Below, piece by piece: positions 51,501-61,627 of a DNA stretch of 64,000 nucleotides. Numbering within the stretch: position 1 is the stretch's first letter; every line of letters starts with the position of its first letter. The DNA comes from Candidatus Kapaibacterium sp. (GTDB taxonomy: Bacteria; Bacteroidota; Ignavibacteria; Kapaibacteriales; UBA2268). The DNA is taken from positions 704,001 to 768,000 of the forward strand of contig OY761611.1 in assembly GCA_963664875.1 (NCBI GenBank), in the 5' to 3' direction. The notes under the pieces are model-generated. The model was not told the DNA's origin. It searched no databases and saw only the letters and a program-made list of their open reading frames with translations. The position numbers and the translations under genes were made by a program.

Positions 51501-51567
51501 TCTTTTTTCAAAATAATTCTTCTCCGAAGTAGTATATTACAGTATATCATGTTTTGCGAGGTTTTGC

Positions 51568-51981
51568 TTGAAAAAAGAAGTTACAAGATATTGTGTGATT
51601 GACGGCTCGGGTAGCAACATTTATATCAGGCTTTCTGTTGATGAAGATTTGATGGCAGGGGCGGAATTTAGGCTTTATCATAAAGAGACACAAGAAGCCC
51701 TCACTTACTGGAAAATGGCTGCAGGAAACGGACAAACAGTTTCTAAGGAAATAAAAATCTCTCCTGACAAGCTCAATCATCTCATTGTAACTTGGCAAGT
51801 TATCTGCTGCTCGCAAAAAGTAGAAACATACGAAGGAGAAATTTCCATAGAAGTCATTCAAGACAGAAAAAACTGTCGAATGACTATCCCAGCTTCATGG
51901 TTCTTAGAAAACATCCCTCCTTGCGCTATAAAGCGTTCTGTTGAGTTTAGCGAAAGCTTGACTTTCATCTGCAAAGATTAA
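51568..51981 (+). CDS. Hypothetical cytoplasmic beta-rich, Cys-containing protein
   Basis: TTG start with GAGG RBS; fills the gap between uvrA and etfB on the same strand; no recognised motif. Confidence 0.6.
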   Translation: MKKEVTRYCVIDGSGSNIYIRLSVDEDLMAGAEFRLYHKETQEALTYWKMAAGNGQTVSKEIKISPDKLNHLIVTWQVICCSQKVETYEGEISIEVIQDRKNCRMTIPASWFLENIPPCAIKRSVEFSESLTFICKD

Positions 51982-52096
51982 ACTAAAAAATATAGTAACA
52001 TTTTTATCGCTTTTTCTCCGATTTTTGATATATTGTAATTCAGAGATTTTTTTATATTTGCAAAGATTGTTCTGATTTATATTAACCGGAGTTAAG

Positions 52097-52843
52097 ATGA
52101 ATATTTTGGTATGTATATCAAGAGTACCGGACACAGCTACAAGGGTAGCTATTGGTGCAGACAAAAAAAATATTGATACTAAAGGAGTTAAATATATTGT
52201 TAACCCTTACGACGAATTTGCTATCGAAGAAGCCCTGCAGCTAAAACAAAAAAACAGCGGCTCTGTAACTGCATTAACTATCGGCACTGATGAAGCAGTT
52301 GACGTTTTAAGAACTGCCTTGGCTATGGGTGCTGATAAAGCAATACTCGTTAAAGGTGATGTAACTAAGGATTCTTTCTATATTGCTGAAAACATTGCAG
52401 CAATAGCAAAAGAGCTAAATCCGGATTTAATTCTTTTGGGAAAACAAAGCGTTGATTTCGATTCACTGCAAATGCCTTCTATGCTTGCTGAAATGTTAGA
52501 ATTACCTTCTATTTCTGTAGTGTCTAAGTTAGACATAAACGGAAATCAGGTTGTAGCAGAAAGAGATATCGAAGGTGGAAAAGAAATAGTAGAAACTACT
52601 CTCCCATGCATTATTAGTGCTCAAAAAGGACTTAATGAACCTCGTTATCCGAAATTACCGGATATCATGAAAGCAAAATCAAAACCTATCGAACAAAAAG
52701 AAGCTTTGGAATCAGCCCAAAGAGTTAGTGTGCTTTCTATGGAATTACCTGCAAAACAGCGTGTCGGCAAAATCATGACTGACAGCGATGCAGATATTAC
52801 AGAATTGGTTCGCTTATTACGCGAAGAAGCAAAAGTTATTTAA
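52097..52843 (+). CDS. etfB: Electron transfer flavoprotein subunit beta
   Basis: VPDT, NPYDEFAIEEA, ALAMGAD, GKQSVD, ERDIEGG, LNEPRYP. Confidence 0.95.
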   Translation: MNILVCISRVPDTATRVAIGADKKNIDTKGVKYIVNPYDEFAIEEALQLKQKNSGSVTALTIGTDEAVDVLRTALAMGADKAILVKGDVTKDSFYIAENIAAIAKELNPDLILLGKQSVDFDSLQMPSMLAEMLELPSISVVSKLDINGNQVVAERDIEGGKEIVETTLPCIISAQKGLNEPRYPKLPDIMKAKSKPIEQKEALESAQRVSVLSMELPAKQRVGKIMTDSDADITELVRLLREEAKVI

Positions 52844-52869
52844 AAGCGATAAAATTGGGAGAAATATAA

Positions 52870-53805
52870 ATGAAAGTTTTAGTTTATTTGGAAGCTCAAG
52901 GAGCAGAACTCAAAAGAGTATCTTACGAAATGATAACTGCAGCTCGCAGCATTTCTAATGAAATAGTCGGCGTTATAGCTAATGCTGATGATGCCGCTAT
53001 CAAATCAGCAGGCAATTTCGGTCTAAAAAAAGCAATTAAGTTAGAAGACGCTTTTTTTGCAAATCATTCATCTTCTGCTATTGCTGCAGCTATTGCTCAG
53101 GTAGCCGCTAAAGAATCTTGCAACATTGCTTTATTCCCTGCTAATGCAGGCGGATTAGAAATAGCTCCTCGAGTAGCTGTAAAATGTAATGCAGGCTATA
53201 TTTCTGACATTATCAAGCTAAATAGCGATTTGACAGCTCAAAAACCTGTTTATGCAGGTAAAGCCATGATTAATGTTGCTATAGACACTGACTTCAAAGT
53301 CTTTTCTTTGAGACCAAACGTATTTACTGCAGTTAAAGGTGGAGAAACCGAAGTTGCAATCGAATCATTTGCACCTGCTCTTTCAGATAAAGACAAAGCA
53401 GTAAAAGTTACAAAATTAGCTAAAAACGAAGGTAAATTGGACGTAGCCGAAGCTGACAGAATAGTTTCAGGAGGACGTGGACTAAAAGAAGCTGAAAACT
53501 TTAAATTGATAGAAAATCTTGCTACAAAACTAAATGCTGCTGTCGGTGCTTCTCGCGCAGTAGTAGATGCGGGCTGGCGACCTCACAGCGAGCAGGTAGG
53601 ACAGACAGGTAAAACTGTTTCACCGACTTTATATGTTGCCTGTGCTATCTCCGGAGCTGTTCAACACCTCGCAGGTATGTCCGGATCTAAAGTAATCGTT
53701 GCAATTAATAAAGACAAAGATGCTCCAATATTTAAAGTAGCAGACTATGGAATAGTTGGTGATGTTTTTGAAGTATTGCCAAAATTAACTGAGAAAATCG
53801 GCTAA
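52870..53805 (+). CDS. etfA: Electron transfer flavoprotein subunit alpha
   Basis: IVSGGRG, GASRAVVDAGW, QVGQTGK, ISGAVQHLAGM, AINKD. Confidence 0.95.
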   Translation: MKVLVYLEAQGAELKRVSYEMITAARSISNEIVGVIANADDAAIKSAGNFGLKKAIKLEDAFFANHSSSAIAAAIAQVAAKESCNIALFPANAGGLEIAPRVAVKCNAGYISDIIKLNSDLTAQKPVYAGKAMINVAIDTDFKVFSLRPNVFTAVKGGETEVAIESFAPALSDKDKAVKVTKLAKNEGKLDVAEADRIVSGGRGLKEAENFKLIENLATKLNAAVGASRAVVDAGWRPHSEQVGQTGKTVSPTLYVACAISGAVQHLAGMSGSKVIVAINKDKDAPIFKVADYGIVGDVFEVLPKLTEKIG

Positions 53806-53845
53806 TCTTTTATCTGCAATAATTATATTTGAATAAAGTCTTAGA

Positions 53846-53878
53846 AAACAGGAGCAGTCAATGCTCCTGTTTATTTTC
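53846..53878 (+). terminator. Terminator-like hairpin after etfA
   Basis: AAACAGGAGCA-GTCAA-TGCTCCTGTTT followed by ATTTT. Confidence 0.65.
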
Positions 53879-53896
53879 TATAACAAAAGATAAGTA

Positions 53897-54502
53897 GTGA
53901 AAATGGATGATAAAGTACAAGTTGTTGTTTTAGGATTATCAGCAAGTCCGGCAAGTAATAATGCATACGCACTAATTTTAAAGGAAATTGACGGAGACCG
54001 TCGATTGCCAATCATTATTGGTGCTTTTGAGGCTCAGGCTATAGCTTTGGAAATGGAGGGTGTTGTCCCGCCACGCCCAATGACTCACGATCTGCTTAAA
54101 AAAGTTATAGAAGCATTCGGAGGTAATTTGAGCGAGGTTTATATAAATGATTTGAAAGAGGGCACTTTCTTTGCCTCTCTCAGATTTGACTTGTTAGATT
54201 TGAATATTGATGCAAGACCAAGTGATGCCATTGCTTTGGCAGTTAGGTTCAGTGCTCCAATTTTCATAAGTAGAGATATACTGGAAGAAACAGGACACTT
54301 ACCAGAAGGTACTGAGCATGACGGTGACGACAATGATGACTCTCTTGAAACTTCTGCCATGGAATTCAAATCAGAACCTCCCAAAAAAGAATCTCCTTTA
54401 GAAGCTCTAAACCGTAAACTGGAAAAGGCAATAGAAGACGAAGATTATGAAACAGCAGCAAAATATCGAGATGAAATAAAAAAACTTTTGGATAATCAAT
54501 AA
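53897..54502 (+). CDS. Bifunctional nuclease family protein (DUF151) with C-terminal UvrB/C (UVR) motif
   Basis: LPIIIGAFEAQAIA, PRPMTHDL, DARPSDAIALA; AIEDEDYETAAKYRDEI. Confidence 0.92.
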   Translation: MKMDDKVQVVVLGLSASPASNNAYALILKEIDGDRRLPIIIGAFEAQAIALEMEGVVPPRPMTHDLLKKVIEAFGGNLSEVYINDLKEGTFFASLRFDLLDLNIDARPSDAIALAVRFSAPIFISRDILEETGHLPEGTEHDGDDNDDSLETSAMEFKSEPPKKESPLEALNRKLEKAIEDEDYETAAKYRDEIKKLLDNQ

Positions 54503-54518
54503 AATCACCTTATATTTG
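54487..54518 (+). promoter_or_regulatory. Bacteroidota-type sigma70 promoter for the tRNA pair
   Basis: TTTG (54487-54490), N20, TATATTTG (54511-54518), 14 nt before the first tRNA. Confidence 0.6.
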
Positions 54519-54532
54519 TACTCTCTTTTGGA

Positions 54533-54606
54533 GCCGGGGTAGCTCAGTTGGTTAGAGCATCGGAATCATAATCCGAGTGTCGGGGGTTCAAATCCCTCCC
54601 CCGGTA
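54533..54606 (+). tRNA. tRNA-Met (CAT), probably elongator; CCA not encoded
   Basis: Acceptor GCCGGGG/CCCCGGT, D arm AGCTCAGTTGGTTAGAGC, anticodon arm TCGGA-ATCATAA-TCCGA, T loop GTTCAAATC. Confidence 0.93.
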
Positions 54607-54670
54607 CATAACTTAAATAAGTTGTGTACCATATCATAAAACTTGATTTTCCAAAAAAGAAATATTTGTT

Positions 54671-54744
54671 GCCGGGGTAGCTCAGTTGGTTAGAGCATCG
54701 GAATCATAATCCGAGTGTCGGGGGTTCAAATCCCTCCCCCGGTA
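54671..54744 (+). tRNA. tRNA-Met (CAT), identical second copy
   Basis: 74 nt identical to 54533..54606. Confidence 0.93.
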
Positions 54745-54756
54745 CAACAAAACTGC

Positions 54757-54788
54757 AAAGCTTTACGAAATTTCGTGAAGCTTTTTTT
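54757..54788 (+). terminator. Rho-independent terminator of the tRNA operon
   Basis: AAAGCTTTACGA-AATT-TCGTGAAGCTTT plus T-tract. Confidence 0.85.
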
Positions 54789-54991
54789 ATTGCAATGGTA
54801 TTTTCAGTCAAGTTTTCACATCCTTTGATACTTGAAACACTCTTCACATAATCATTATGCAAACTCACACATCTCTATTATGCATCTCGAATCAAACTCA
54901 ATCGGATAAAACTACAGATACAGAAAATATTTTGCTAAATTGTAACTCTTAAGCAAATAGAACTTAAGAAAACATATTTAGGAGAATAATT

Positions 54992-56506
54992 GTGAAAAAA
55001 ACACTGCTTATGATATTAGATGGCTGGGGAATCGGCGATAAATCTGCATCTGATGCTATATACAATGGAAACACTCCATACTGGGATAATTTATTAAAAG
55101 AATATCCACACTCTGAACTTCTTACCTGCGGAGAAAATGTTGGCTTACCTGATGGTCAGATGGGCAATTCTGAAGTTGGCCACCTAAATATTGGTGCAGG
55201 AAGAATTATTTATCAAGATCTGGTAAAAATCAATAAGGCTATCAAAGATAAATCTTTTTTCGAAAATCCAGAACTCAAAGCTGCATTTGAATATGCTCAA
55301 GCAAATAACAAGAAAGTTCATCTTCTTGGTTTGCTCTCCGATGGTGGTGTTCACTCATCAAACGAACACTTATATGCACTTTGCGATATGGCAAACTCTC
55401 TTGATTTCAGTGAATTATATATACACGCATTAATGGATGGAAGAGATTGCGATCCAAAAAGTGGTATCGGTTTTATGCAAGATCTGCAATCACATCTCAA
55501 AAACTCTAAAGGTAAAGTGGCTACTGTTTGCGGCAGATATTATACTATGGACAGAGACAAACGCTGGGAACGAGTTAAATATGGCTATGACCTAATGGTA
55601 CTTGGTGAGGGTGATAATTTTTCTGATCCCGTCCATGCTATAGAAACTTCGTACAATAATGGTGTTACAGATGAATTTATCAAACCGGTAGTTATTACAG
55701 ATGATAAATCTCAACCGTTAGCAACTATCGATAAAGATGATGTAGTTATCTGCTTCAATTTCCGCACAGACAGGCTCCGCGAAATCACTACTGTGCTTAC
55801 GCAGCAGGATATGCCGGAATTAGGTATGCAAACATTGCCTTTATACTACGTAACTATGACAAGATACGATGATACCTTTAAAAATGTAAAAATTGCCTAT
55901 GACAAAGATAATGTTACTATGACGCTTGGTGAGGTAATTTCTAAAGCAGGTAAAAAGCAAATCAGAATTGCGGAAACAGAGAAATACGCTCATGTTACAT
56001 TCTTTTTCAGTGGCGGTAGAGAAAAAGAATTTGAAAATGAGAAACGAATCCTTATCCCTTCTCCAAAAGTGGCGACGTATGATTTGCAGCCCGAAATGAG
56101 TGCTTATCTTGTTAGAGACGCAATAGTTGAAGAATTAAATAAACAAGAGACTGACTTTGTATGTCTCAATTTTGCAAATGGCGACATGGTTGGACACACT
56201 GGTATTATGGAAGCAATCCTGAAAGCTGTAAACGCAGTTGACAACTGCTTAGAGTCAGTTGTCGAAGCCGCAAAATCAAATGGATATACTGTGATAATTA
56301 TCGCAGACCACGGGAATGCTGATAATGCTGTTAATTCCGATGGTAGCCCAAACACGGCTCATTCTTTGAATCCGGTTCCAATTGTTATTGTCGGTAAAGA
56401 TATCAAACATGTAGAAAAAGGAGTACTCGCAGATGTAGCTCCTACTATTCTTAAAATCATGGAACTGGAACAGCCATCTGCCATGACAGGTAAAGCTCTG
56501 GTTTAA
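54992..56506 (+). CDS. gpmI: 2,3-bisphosphoglycerate-independent phosphoglycerate mutase
   Basis: [57 protein letters not shown]; GTG start with AGGAG RBS. Confidence 0.97.
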   Translation: MKKTLLMILDGWGIGDKSASDAIYNGNTPYWDNLLKEYPHSELLTCGENVGLPDGQMGNSEVGHLNIGAGRIIYQDLVKINKAIKDKSFFENPELKAAFEYAQANNKKVHLLGLLSDGGVHSSNEHLYALCDMANSLDFSELYIHALMDGRDCDPKSGIGFMQDLQSHLKNSKGKVATVCGRYYTMDRDKRWERVKYGYDLMVLGEGDNFSDPVHAIETSYNNGVTDEFIKPVVITDDKSQPLATIDKDDVVICFNFRTDRLREITTVLTQQDMPELGMQTLPLYYVTMTRYDDTFKNVKIAYDKDNVTMTLGEVISKAGKKQIRIAETEKYAHVTFFFSGGREKEFENEKRILIPSPKVATYDLQPEMSAYLVRDAIVEELNKQETDFVCLNFANGDMVGHTGIMEAILKAVNAVDNCLESVVEAAKSNGYTVIIIADHGNADNAVNSDGSPNTAHSLNPVPIVIVGKDIKHVEKGVLADVAPTILKIMELEQPSAMTGKALV

Positions 56507-56578
56507 TATTTTTCGAATAGTCCAAACTTTTTTGAAAAGATAACGTATAATCTAAAAAATCATATAACGTCTTTAGAT

Positions 56579-56803
56579 ATGAAAAGATTATACAATATTA
56601 GTTCGGGTCTGGCTCTTGGAATGATTTGGGTACTTGCAGTACTCTTTCTTCGAGACGGACAGGAGGAAAAAGAAATGGATGAATGGATTGTTCTGGCAAC
56701 AGGATTTTTCGGACTTTTTATGGCTATTTCGATGAGTGTTGTTTTCGAAAAACTACAAAAAGTGAAAGTAAAAAACAATCGCAATTATCTGCGACACAAA
56801 TAA
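56579..56803 (+). CDS. Small two-TM hypothetical membrane protein
   Basis: Two hydrophobic segments and a basic tail; directly followed by a terminator. Confidence 0.55.
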   Translation: MKRLYNISSGLALGMIWVLAVLFLRDGQEEKEMDEWIVLATGFFGLFMAISMSVVFEKLQKVKVKNNRNYLRHK

Positions 56804-56814
56804 AATCATTTTTT

Positions 56815-56847
56815 AAGGAGCGTGAATTATACACGCTCCTTTTTTTT
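56815..56847 (+). terminator. Intrinsic terminator (possibly bidirectional)
   Basis: AAGGAGCGTG...CACGCTCCTT plus T-tract. Confidence 0.85.
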
Positions 56848-56884
56848 GTGTTTTCTTTTCAAATATTCTGAATACTTCGCTGAA

Positions 56885-58144
56885 CTACCTCTGCAAGGCA
56901 GCTACTCTATCGTGTTCTGCAATCAATAATTCTTTTTCAAGTTCAGTAAGAGTTTTTCCTCTTCTTGACATCACCTTTTCAGCGGTTGTGATAGCTTTAG
57001 ATGCTTTATATATAGGTGAGCCATGCTTACCACCCCATGAGAATGATGGAATAAAATTAGGCATAAACCACTCTTTGACTATGATACTACATACACCGCA
57101 AACCGTACCGGTGGTAAACATTGAATTAATGCCCGTTTTAGTATGATCACCGCAAAGAAGTCCCATAAACATTGTGCCTGTTTCTATTTCTTTATCGTCT
57201 ATCCTTAGTTTAATATTGTCGTAGGTATTCTTCAAATCAGAATTATTTGTATCTGCTCCAAAATTGACCCATTCGCCAATAAACGAATGCCCTAAAAAAC
57301 CTTCATGCTGTTTATTTGAGAAACTTTGAAAGATGCTGCATTCTATCTCCCCACCTACTTTGCAATATTCACCAATACTTGTTTCCTGGTAGATTTTAGC
57401 AGCAATTTTAATTGTTGTGTTTTTTCCTATATACGCAGGACCAACTATTACGGAGTTAGGCATGATTTTGACATTGTCATCAATGATGATAACACCTTCG
57501 TCTGCATCAAGCACAACACCGGGAGCGATTTTTACATTAGTACCGATTGCAATTTGTTCGGCATTAACAAAGTGAACTCCTTTAAAATCATCTTCTGAAG
57601 TATTCCCTAAAGAAAAATATTCAGAATCATCTCTTATAGCTTTTGCATTATGAGGAATTGTATCGTGCAAATAGTTTAAGACTTTTAGATTTGGCAGTTC
57701 CATTTTCTCGAAACCGGAAAACAAATCAATTTTTAAGTCGGAGAGCAATTCTCTTCGTTTTAGCTCTTCTTTCTTTATTATCTCCCCTTTTGGAATAAAA
57801 GCAGCATAAGGATAATTATCCTTTGTAAAAATATAGGGTACTTTGCTTTTGGCTACTTCCATAATAGCATCCCGAAAATACTTATCCGGCAAAACACAAG
57901 CATTTACAGCCAAAACATTCTCATCTTCAATACCGGTATCTTCAATTTCAAACCGCTGAAGAAAAGACTTTAGATGCTTCTCTCTGCCTTTAAAAGAGAA
58001 TTTGCAATTTTCAAACAATCTCTCATATTTTTCAAATATTCTAAATGCTCCACAACGCAGTTCCCAAATAGGATGCATCACGTTGAACGGATAAAAATTT
58101 TCTACATTCTCGGGTTCGAATAATAGAACTTTATCTATTTTCAT
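56885..58144 (-). CDS. GlmU-like putative sugar nucleotidyltransferase/acetyltransferase (Bacteroidota-type)
   Basis: ELRCGAFRIFEK N-domain; hexapeptide repeats; CKVGGEI, NKQHEGFLGHS, GADTNNSDLKN, GDHTKTGIN. Confidence 0.85.
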   Translation of the reverse strand: MKIDKVLLFEPENVENFYPFNVMHPIWELRCGAFRIFEKYERLFENCKFSFKGREKHLKSFLQRFEIEDTGIEDENVLAVNACVLPDKYFRDAIMEVAKSKVPYIFTKDNYPYAAFIPKGEIIKKEELKRRELLSDLKIDLFSGFEKMELPNLKVLNYLHDTIPHNAKAIRDDSEYFSLGNTSEDDFKGVHFVNAEQIAIGTNVKIAPGVVLDADEGVIIIDDNVKIMPNSVIVGPAYIGKNTTIKIAAKIYQETSIGEYCKVGGEIECSIFQSFSNKQHEGFLGHSFIGEWVNFGADTNNSDLKNTYDNIKLRIDDKEIETGTMFMGLLCGDHTKTGINSMFTTGTVCGVCSIIVKEWFMPNFIPSFSWGGKHGSPIYKASKAITTAEKVMSRRGKTLTELEKELLIAEHDRVAALQR

Positions 58145-58146
58145 TT

Positions 58147-58584
58147 CTATTTTTTCCTGATATTTACTAACTCAACTTCAAAATAAAGCGTTGAATTTGG
58201 CGGTATGCTACCTGTTTTTCTGGCACCATAACCTAAATGTGGCGGTATTATCAGCTGTCGTTTGCCACCTTTTCTCATTGTAGATAATCCCTCATCCCAT
58301 CCTTTGATTACAACACCTTCGCCTATAGGAAAAGATAATGGTTCACCTCTGTCTAGCGAACTGTCAAATTTAGAGCCGTCCGGAAGTGTACCTGTATAAT
58401 GCACAGATACAATATCGCCCGTTTGAGGAAAATCTCCGGTTCCCAATTCTCTGTCGATATATTTGAGTCCCGAATTTAATTCTTTGAGCACACCAACTTC
58501 TTCTTTTATTTCTTGTTTTGTACCGGCACAAGAGCTGAGGAAAACAATAAAAGCTGTAAACATAAGCAGTAATGTAGTTCTCAT
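58147..58584 (-). CDS. FKBP-type peptidyl-prolyl cis-trans isomerase, lipoprotein
   Basis: Lipobox LSSC; [40 protein letters not shown]. Confidence 0.95.
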   Translation of the reverse strand: MRTTLLLMFTAFIVFLSSCAGTKQEIKEEVGVLKELNSGLKYIDRELGTGDFPQTGDIVSVHYTGTLPDGSKFDSSLDRGEPLSFPIGEGVVIKGWDEGLSTMRKGGKRQLIIPPHLGYGARKTGSIPPNSTLYFEVELVNIRKK

Positions 58585-58751
58585 AATTTTTCCTATAAAA
58601 TACTTAATAAATCTATTCCTTTGATATCAATCGAGATATTGCCATATTTTATATTGAGCAAAGTCGTTCCAAAAACTACAGGCAATCTCTGTCACATAAT
58701 TTATAACATCTGATTCTTATCTCAAAATAATTTGTCTGACTTATCAATACT

Positions 58752-58792
58752 AAAAAGAAAAAGCGACTAAAAAACTTTTTGTTTTAGCCGCT
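58752..58792 (-). terminator. Rho-independent terminator (minus strand)
   Basis: Minus strand AGCGGCTAAAA...TTTTAGTCGCT followed by TTTCTTTTT. Confidence 0.75.
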
Positions 58793-58818
58793 CATTCTAA
58801 AAATTTTAGAATAAATAC

Positions 58819-60708
58819 TTAGTCTATCACTACTTGTGTAGCAACAAAAGACGAATTATTTGATATTTTGATAAAATATACTCCTTTAGCCAAATCCAAA
58901 TTAAGGTCAATGCTGTTATTTCCGGCTGATAGGTTTTCTGATAGCGAAAACTGCTTTTTACCGTCTAAGGAATAAATACTTATTTCATAGCTGTCTGCGT
59001 TAGCAGCCTCTATCTCTATAGTTGCACGATTGACCATTGGCATTGGAGAAATAGATTTCAATCTGATATTAGAATTGATAGTCCCGAAATTGGTAGTAAC
59101 GCCTGTATTCCCAAGTGGCTCTTTTGCAAACATTACATTTACATTTCCATCATTGCTTCTACCGTCTCCCCATATTGGAATAAAGTTATCTTTAGTCAAT
59201 ATAATCTGATTGTATTCACCTATACCAAATCCGTTATTGTCACCACCAATATTGTTAAAATTGCTCGGTATGTTTGTAATCGGCTTGTTTTCAGAAAATG
59301 ATTTGCCCCCATCAGTCGAAATCGTATAATAGTAATGTGCCGAGATATTATTAGCATCTTCTCTCCTGTCGTACCATGCAATCGCATAAACACCGTTGCT
59401 GTTCACCATGTGAGCTGAGTAAAACTGATCAGTATTCATGTTACTTGTATTGTCATTAAGAATAATAGGATCTGCCCAAGTATTACCTCCATCTGTAGAT
59501 TTAGTAAAATATACGTCAAGACCTGTTTTCGTGTCAGAATTTACACCTTTGGCAGTCCAAGTCGCATAAACATATCCATCAAATTCTCCACCGGATTTAT
59601 CGACTGTAATATTTGGAGCCGGGTAAAGTCTTGATAAGCCGGTAGGCTTAGCAATGCCATTTTCTTCGTCTTCAGCTAATTGCACAGGATCTGTACCGTA
59701 AAAATTGGATATCTTTGTTACTTTTGCAATCGACTTACCACCATCTTTTGAGACAGCGTGGTACATTGCAGCATCGCCTGATACTGAACCGTAGAACATG
59801 ATGTGAATCCAACCTTTGTTGTCAACATCGAGACTTCCAAATTGGACAATATCCATGCCAACAGGTGAGATTCTAATCGGTTCGTAGTTGAAATTGCTAT
59901 TTCCTGCTTCTTTAGTAAAAAGCTGCATCATGTAGCCATCTTCCTGAGTAATAGCAACAAGAGATGCATAAACATTATTGCGATATTGAGAACTGCTCAT
60001 ATCTGCAGCTAACCATTGTTTATCGTGAAATTCAGACAAATTGGGTTGTCCGTTATTGAAAGGTACAGCACCAAGAGCATTCCCGATAATTGGATGTTCT
60101 TCACTTTGGAAAGTAACTCCACCATCTGTAGAGTAAGCCCAGAATACACCCCATTTCAGAGAATCTATAGACATTCCCTGAACATTTGCATATAAGTAAA
60201 TCCATGAAAAATACAATGTACCCTCTGCATCGAAAGTAAACATCGGATCACCACCACCCATAGGTATCCCGTTATCTCCTAATGTAAATGTCTCGAAGCT
60301 GCTTTCACTCCAAGATTGTCCGCCATCCTTAGTATAAAAAACAGGGCAGCTCAATGATTTCATCATGTTGTTAGGATTTTGCCTAATTGGACTTACTACT
60401 ATGTTATTATCGTTTTGGGGGTTTACAGCAGCGTGAAGCTCCGATTCCGGATAAGATTTCTGAGAAATATAACCTGATTCGAGGCTTAGCATTTGCTCGG
60501 AATACTTATCTACTTTTTTGTTCAGGTATTGCTTTGCATACTCCTTGCTTTGAAGAAAATTTTCAATTTGGGAAGGAGTGAGTCTCATCTTTTCTTTTTT
60601 ATGAAAGTCATTAAGGGCTTTCTTTGCGTCAGTTTCGTTATTAGCTAAGACCGGCAAAGCCAAAGCTAATGAAAAAGCGAAAACAACGATAAGTCTGATT
60701 TGTTTCAT
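58819..60708 (-). CDS. Secreted Asp-box/BNR (sialidase-like) beta-propeller protein with T9SS sorting domain
   Basis: Signal peptide; TKDGGQSW, STDGGVTF, SKDGGKSI, STDGGNTW, STDGGKSF; C-terminal SPMP...IYSLDGK...LAKGVYFIKI. Confidence 0.88.
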   Translation of the reverse strand: MKQIRLIVVFAFSLALALPVLANNETDAKKALNDFHKKEKMRLTPSQIENFLQSKEYAKQYLNKKVDKYSEQMLSLESGYISQKSYPESELHAAVNPQNDNNIVVSPIRQNPNNMMKSLSCPVFYTKDGGQSWSESSFETFTLGDNGIPMGGGDPMFTFDAEGTLYFSWIYLYANVQGMSIDSLKWGVFWAYSTDGGVTFQSEEHPIIGNALGAVPFNNGQPNLSEFHDKQWLAADMSSSQYRNNVYASLVAITQEDGYMMQLFTKEAGNSNFNYEPIRISPVGMDIVQFGSLDVDNKGWIHIMFYGSVSGDAAMYHAVSKDGGKSIAKVTKISNFYGTDPVQLAEDEENGIAKPTGLSRLYPAPNITVDKSGGEFDGYVYATWTAKGVNSDTKTGLDVYFTKSTDGGNTWADPIILNDNTSNMNTDQFYSAHMVNSNGVYAIAWYDRREDANNISAHYYYTISTDGGKSFSENKPITNIPSNFNNIGGDNNGFGIGEYNQIILTKDNFIPIWGDGRSNDGNVNVMFAKEPLGNTGVTTNFGTINSNIRLKSISPMPMVNRATIEIEAANADSYEISIYSLDGKKQFSLSENLSAGNNSIDLNLDLAKGVYFIKISNNSSFVATQVVID

Positions 60709-60880
60709 TTCTGATTCCTTTATATTATACTGGTGTAAACGTCTTTATTGGGTAAGTAATCTAAATGTAAAAAAAGTTGCATCCTGAAACGAATGGCACG
60801 ATATTAGATTTACTTTCTCTATATACTCATTTCTTTGACTTGAGTTACAGGATGATTGTAAATTCAGAGTAAATACTTAA

Positions 60881-61582
60881 ATGGCTTTTAAATCTAAAAA
60901 AACAGATATTTGGTGGATAATTGGTTTAACTATTATAACCATTGTGGCTTGGCAATTTAATGAAACCAGAAGCATCTTGCTTCCTTTTACCGTTTTAGGC
61001 ACTTGGTTTCACGAAATGGCACATGGTATTATGGCTTTTGCCTTAGGGGCAAATTTTCATAGTTTAGAGCTTTTTCCCGATGGTTCCGGGATAGCAAGTT
61101 ATAGCGGTAGTTTGTATTTCGGGAATATAGGCAAAGCTCTGGTTGCAGCAGCTGGTCCATTCGGCCCTACTATAGCAGCGAGTATTTTCCTGATTGGCTC
61201 TAAACATAAAGATGTAACAAAAGTAATATTACTGGTCATGAGTGCAATAATGTTTATATCTGCGATTATTTGGCTTAGGTCAGCCTATGGCATAATAATC
61301 ATTTTAGCATTTTCAGCAATTTTTACATTTATAGCACTCAAAGCGAAAGAAAAAATACAAAAATTTAGTTTACAGTTTCTGGCAGTTCAATCAGCTGCAA
61401 GTGTTTATCTAAGTGTCTCTTATCTATTCTCGGAATTTGCTGAAATGGAAGTTGGGCAATACGCTTCAGATACGGCAATCATAGCAGAAAATTTATTTTT
61501 GCCTCATTGGGTTTGGGCATTTCTAATTTTACTGTTCTCAGTAGTGCTAATAGGAGAAAGTTTGAAATATCTTTCTAAATAG
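60881..61582 (+). CDS. M50B-like intramembrane metallopeptidase
   Basis: FHEMAHG zinc motif, AAAGP, SD motif, multiple TM helices. Confidence 0.88.
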   Translation: MAFKSKKTDIWWIIGLTIITIVAWQFNETRSILLPFTVLGTWFHEMAHGIMAFALGANFHSLELFPDGSGIASYSGSLYFGNIGKALVAAAGPFGPTIAASIFLIGSKHKDVTKVILLVMSAIMFISAIIWLRSAYGIIIILAFSAIFTFIALKAKEKIQKFSLQFLAVQSAASVYLSVSYLFSEFAEMEVGQYASDTAIIAENLFLPHWVWAFLILLFSVVLIGESLKYLSK

Positions 61583-61627
61583 TTCCCTATCTAAATATTT
61601 AATGTTATCAAATAGCTTATAAACCAG

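Noticed and set aside
54790-54960. C-rich, G-poor stretch with ATTATGCA twice between the tRNAs and gpmI
   Set aside because: No convincing ORF, stable structure or regular periodicity found by eye
54533-54991. tRNA duplication as the att site of an integrated element
   Set aside because: Both copies are full length, only 64 nt apart, with no integrase or foreign genes adjacent
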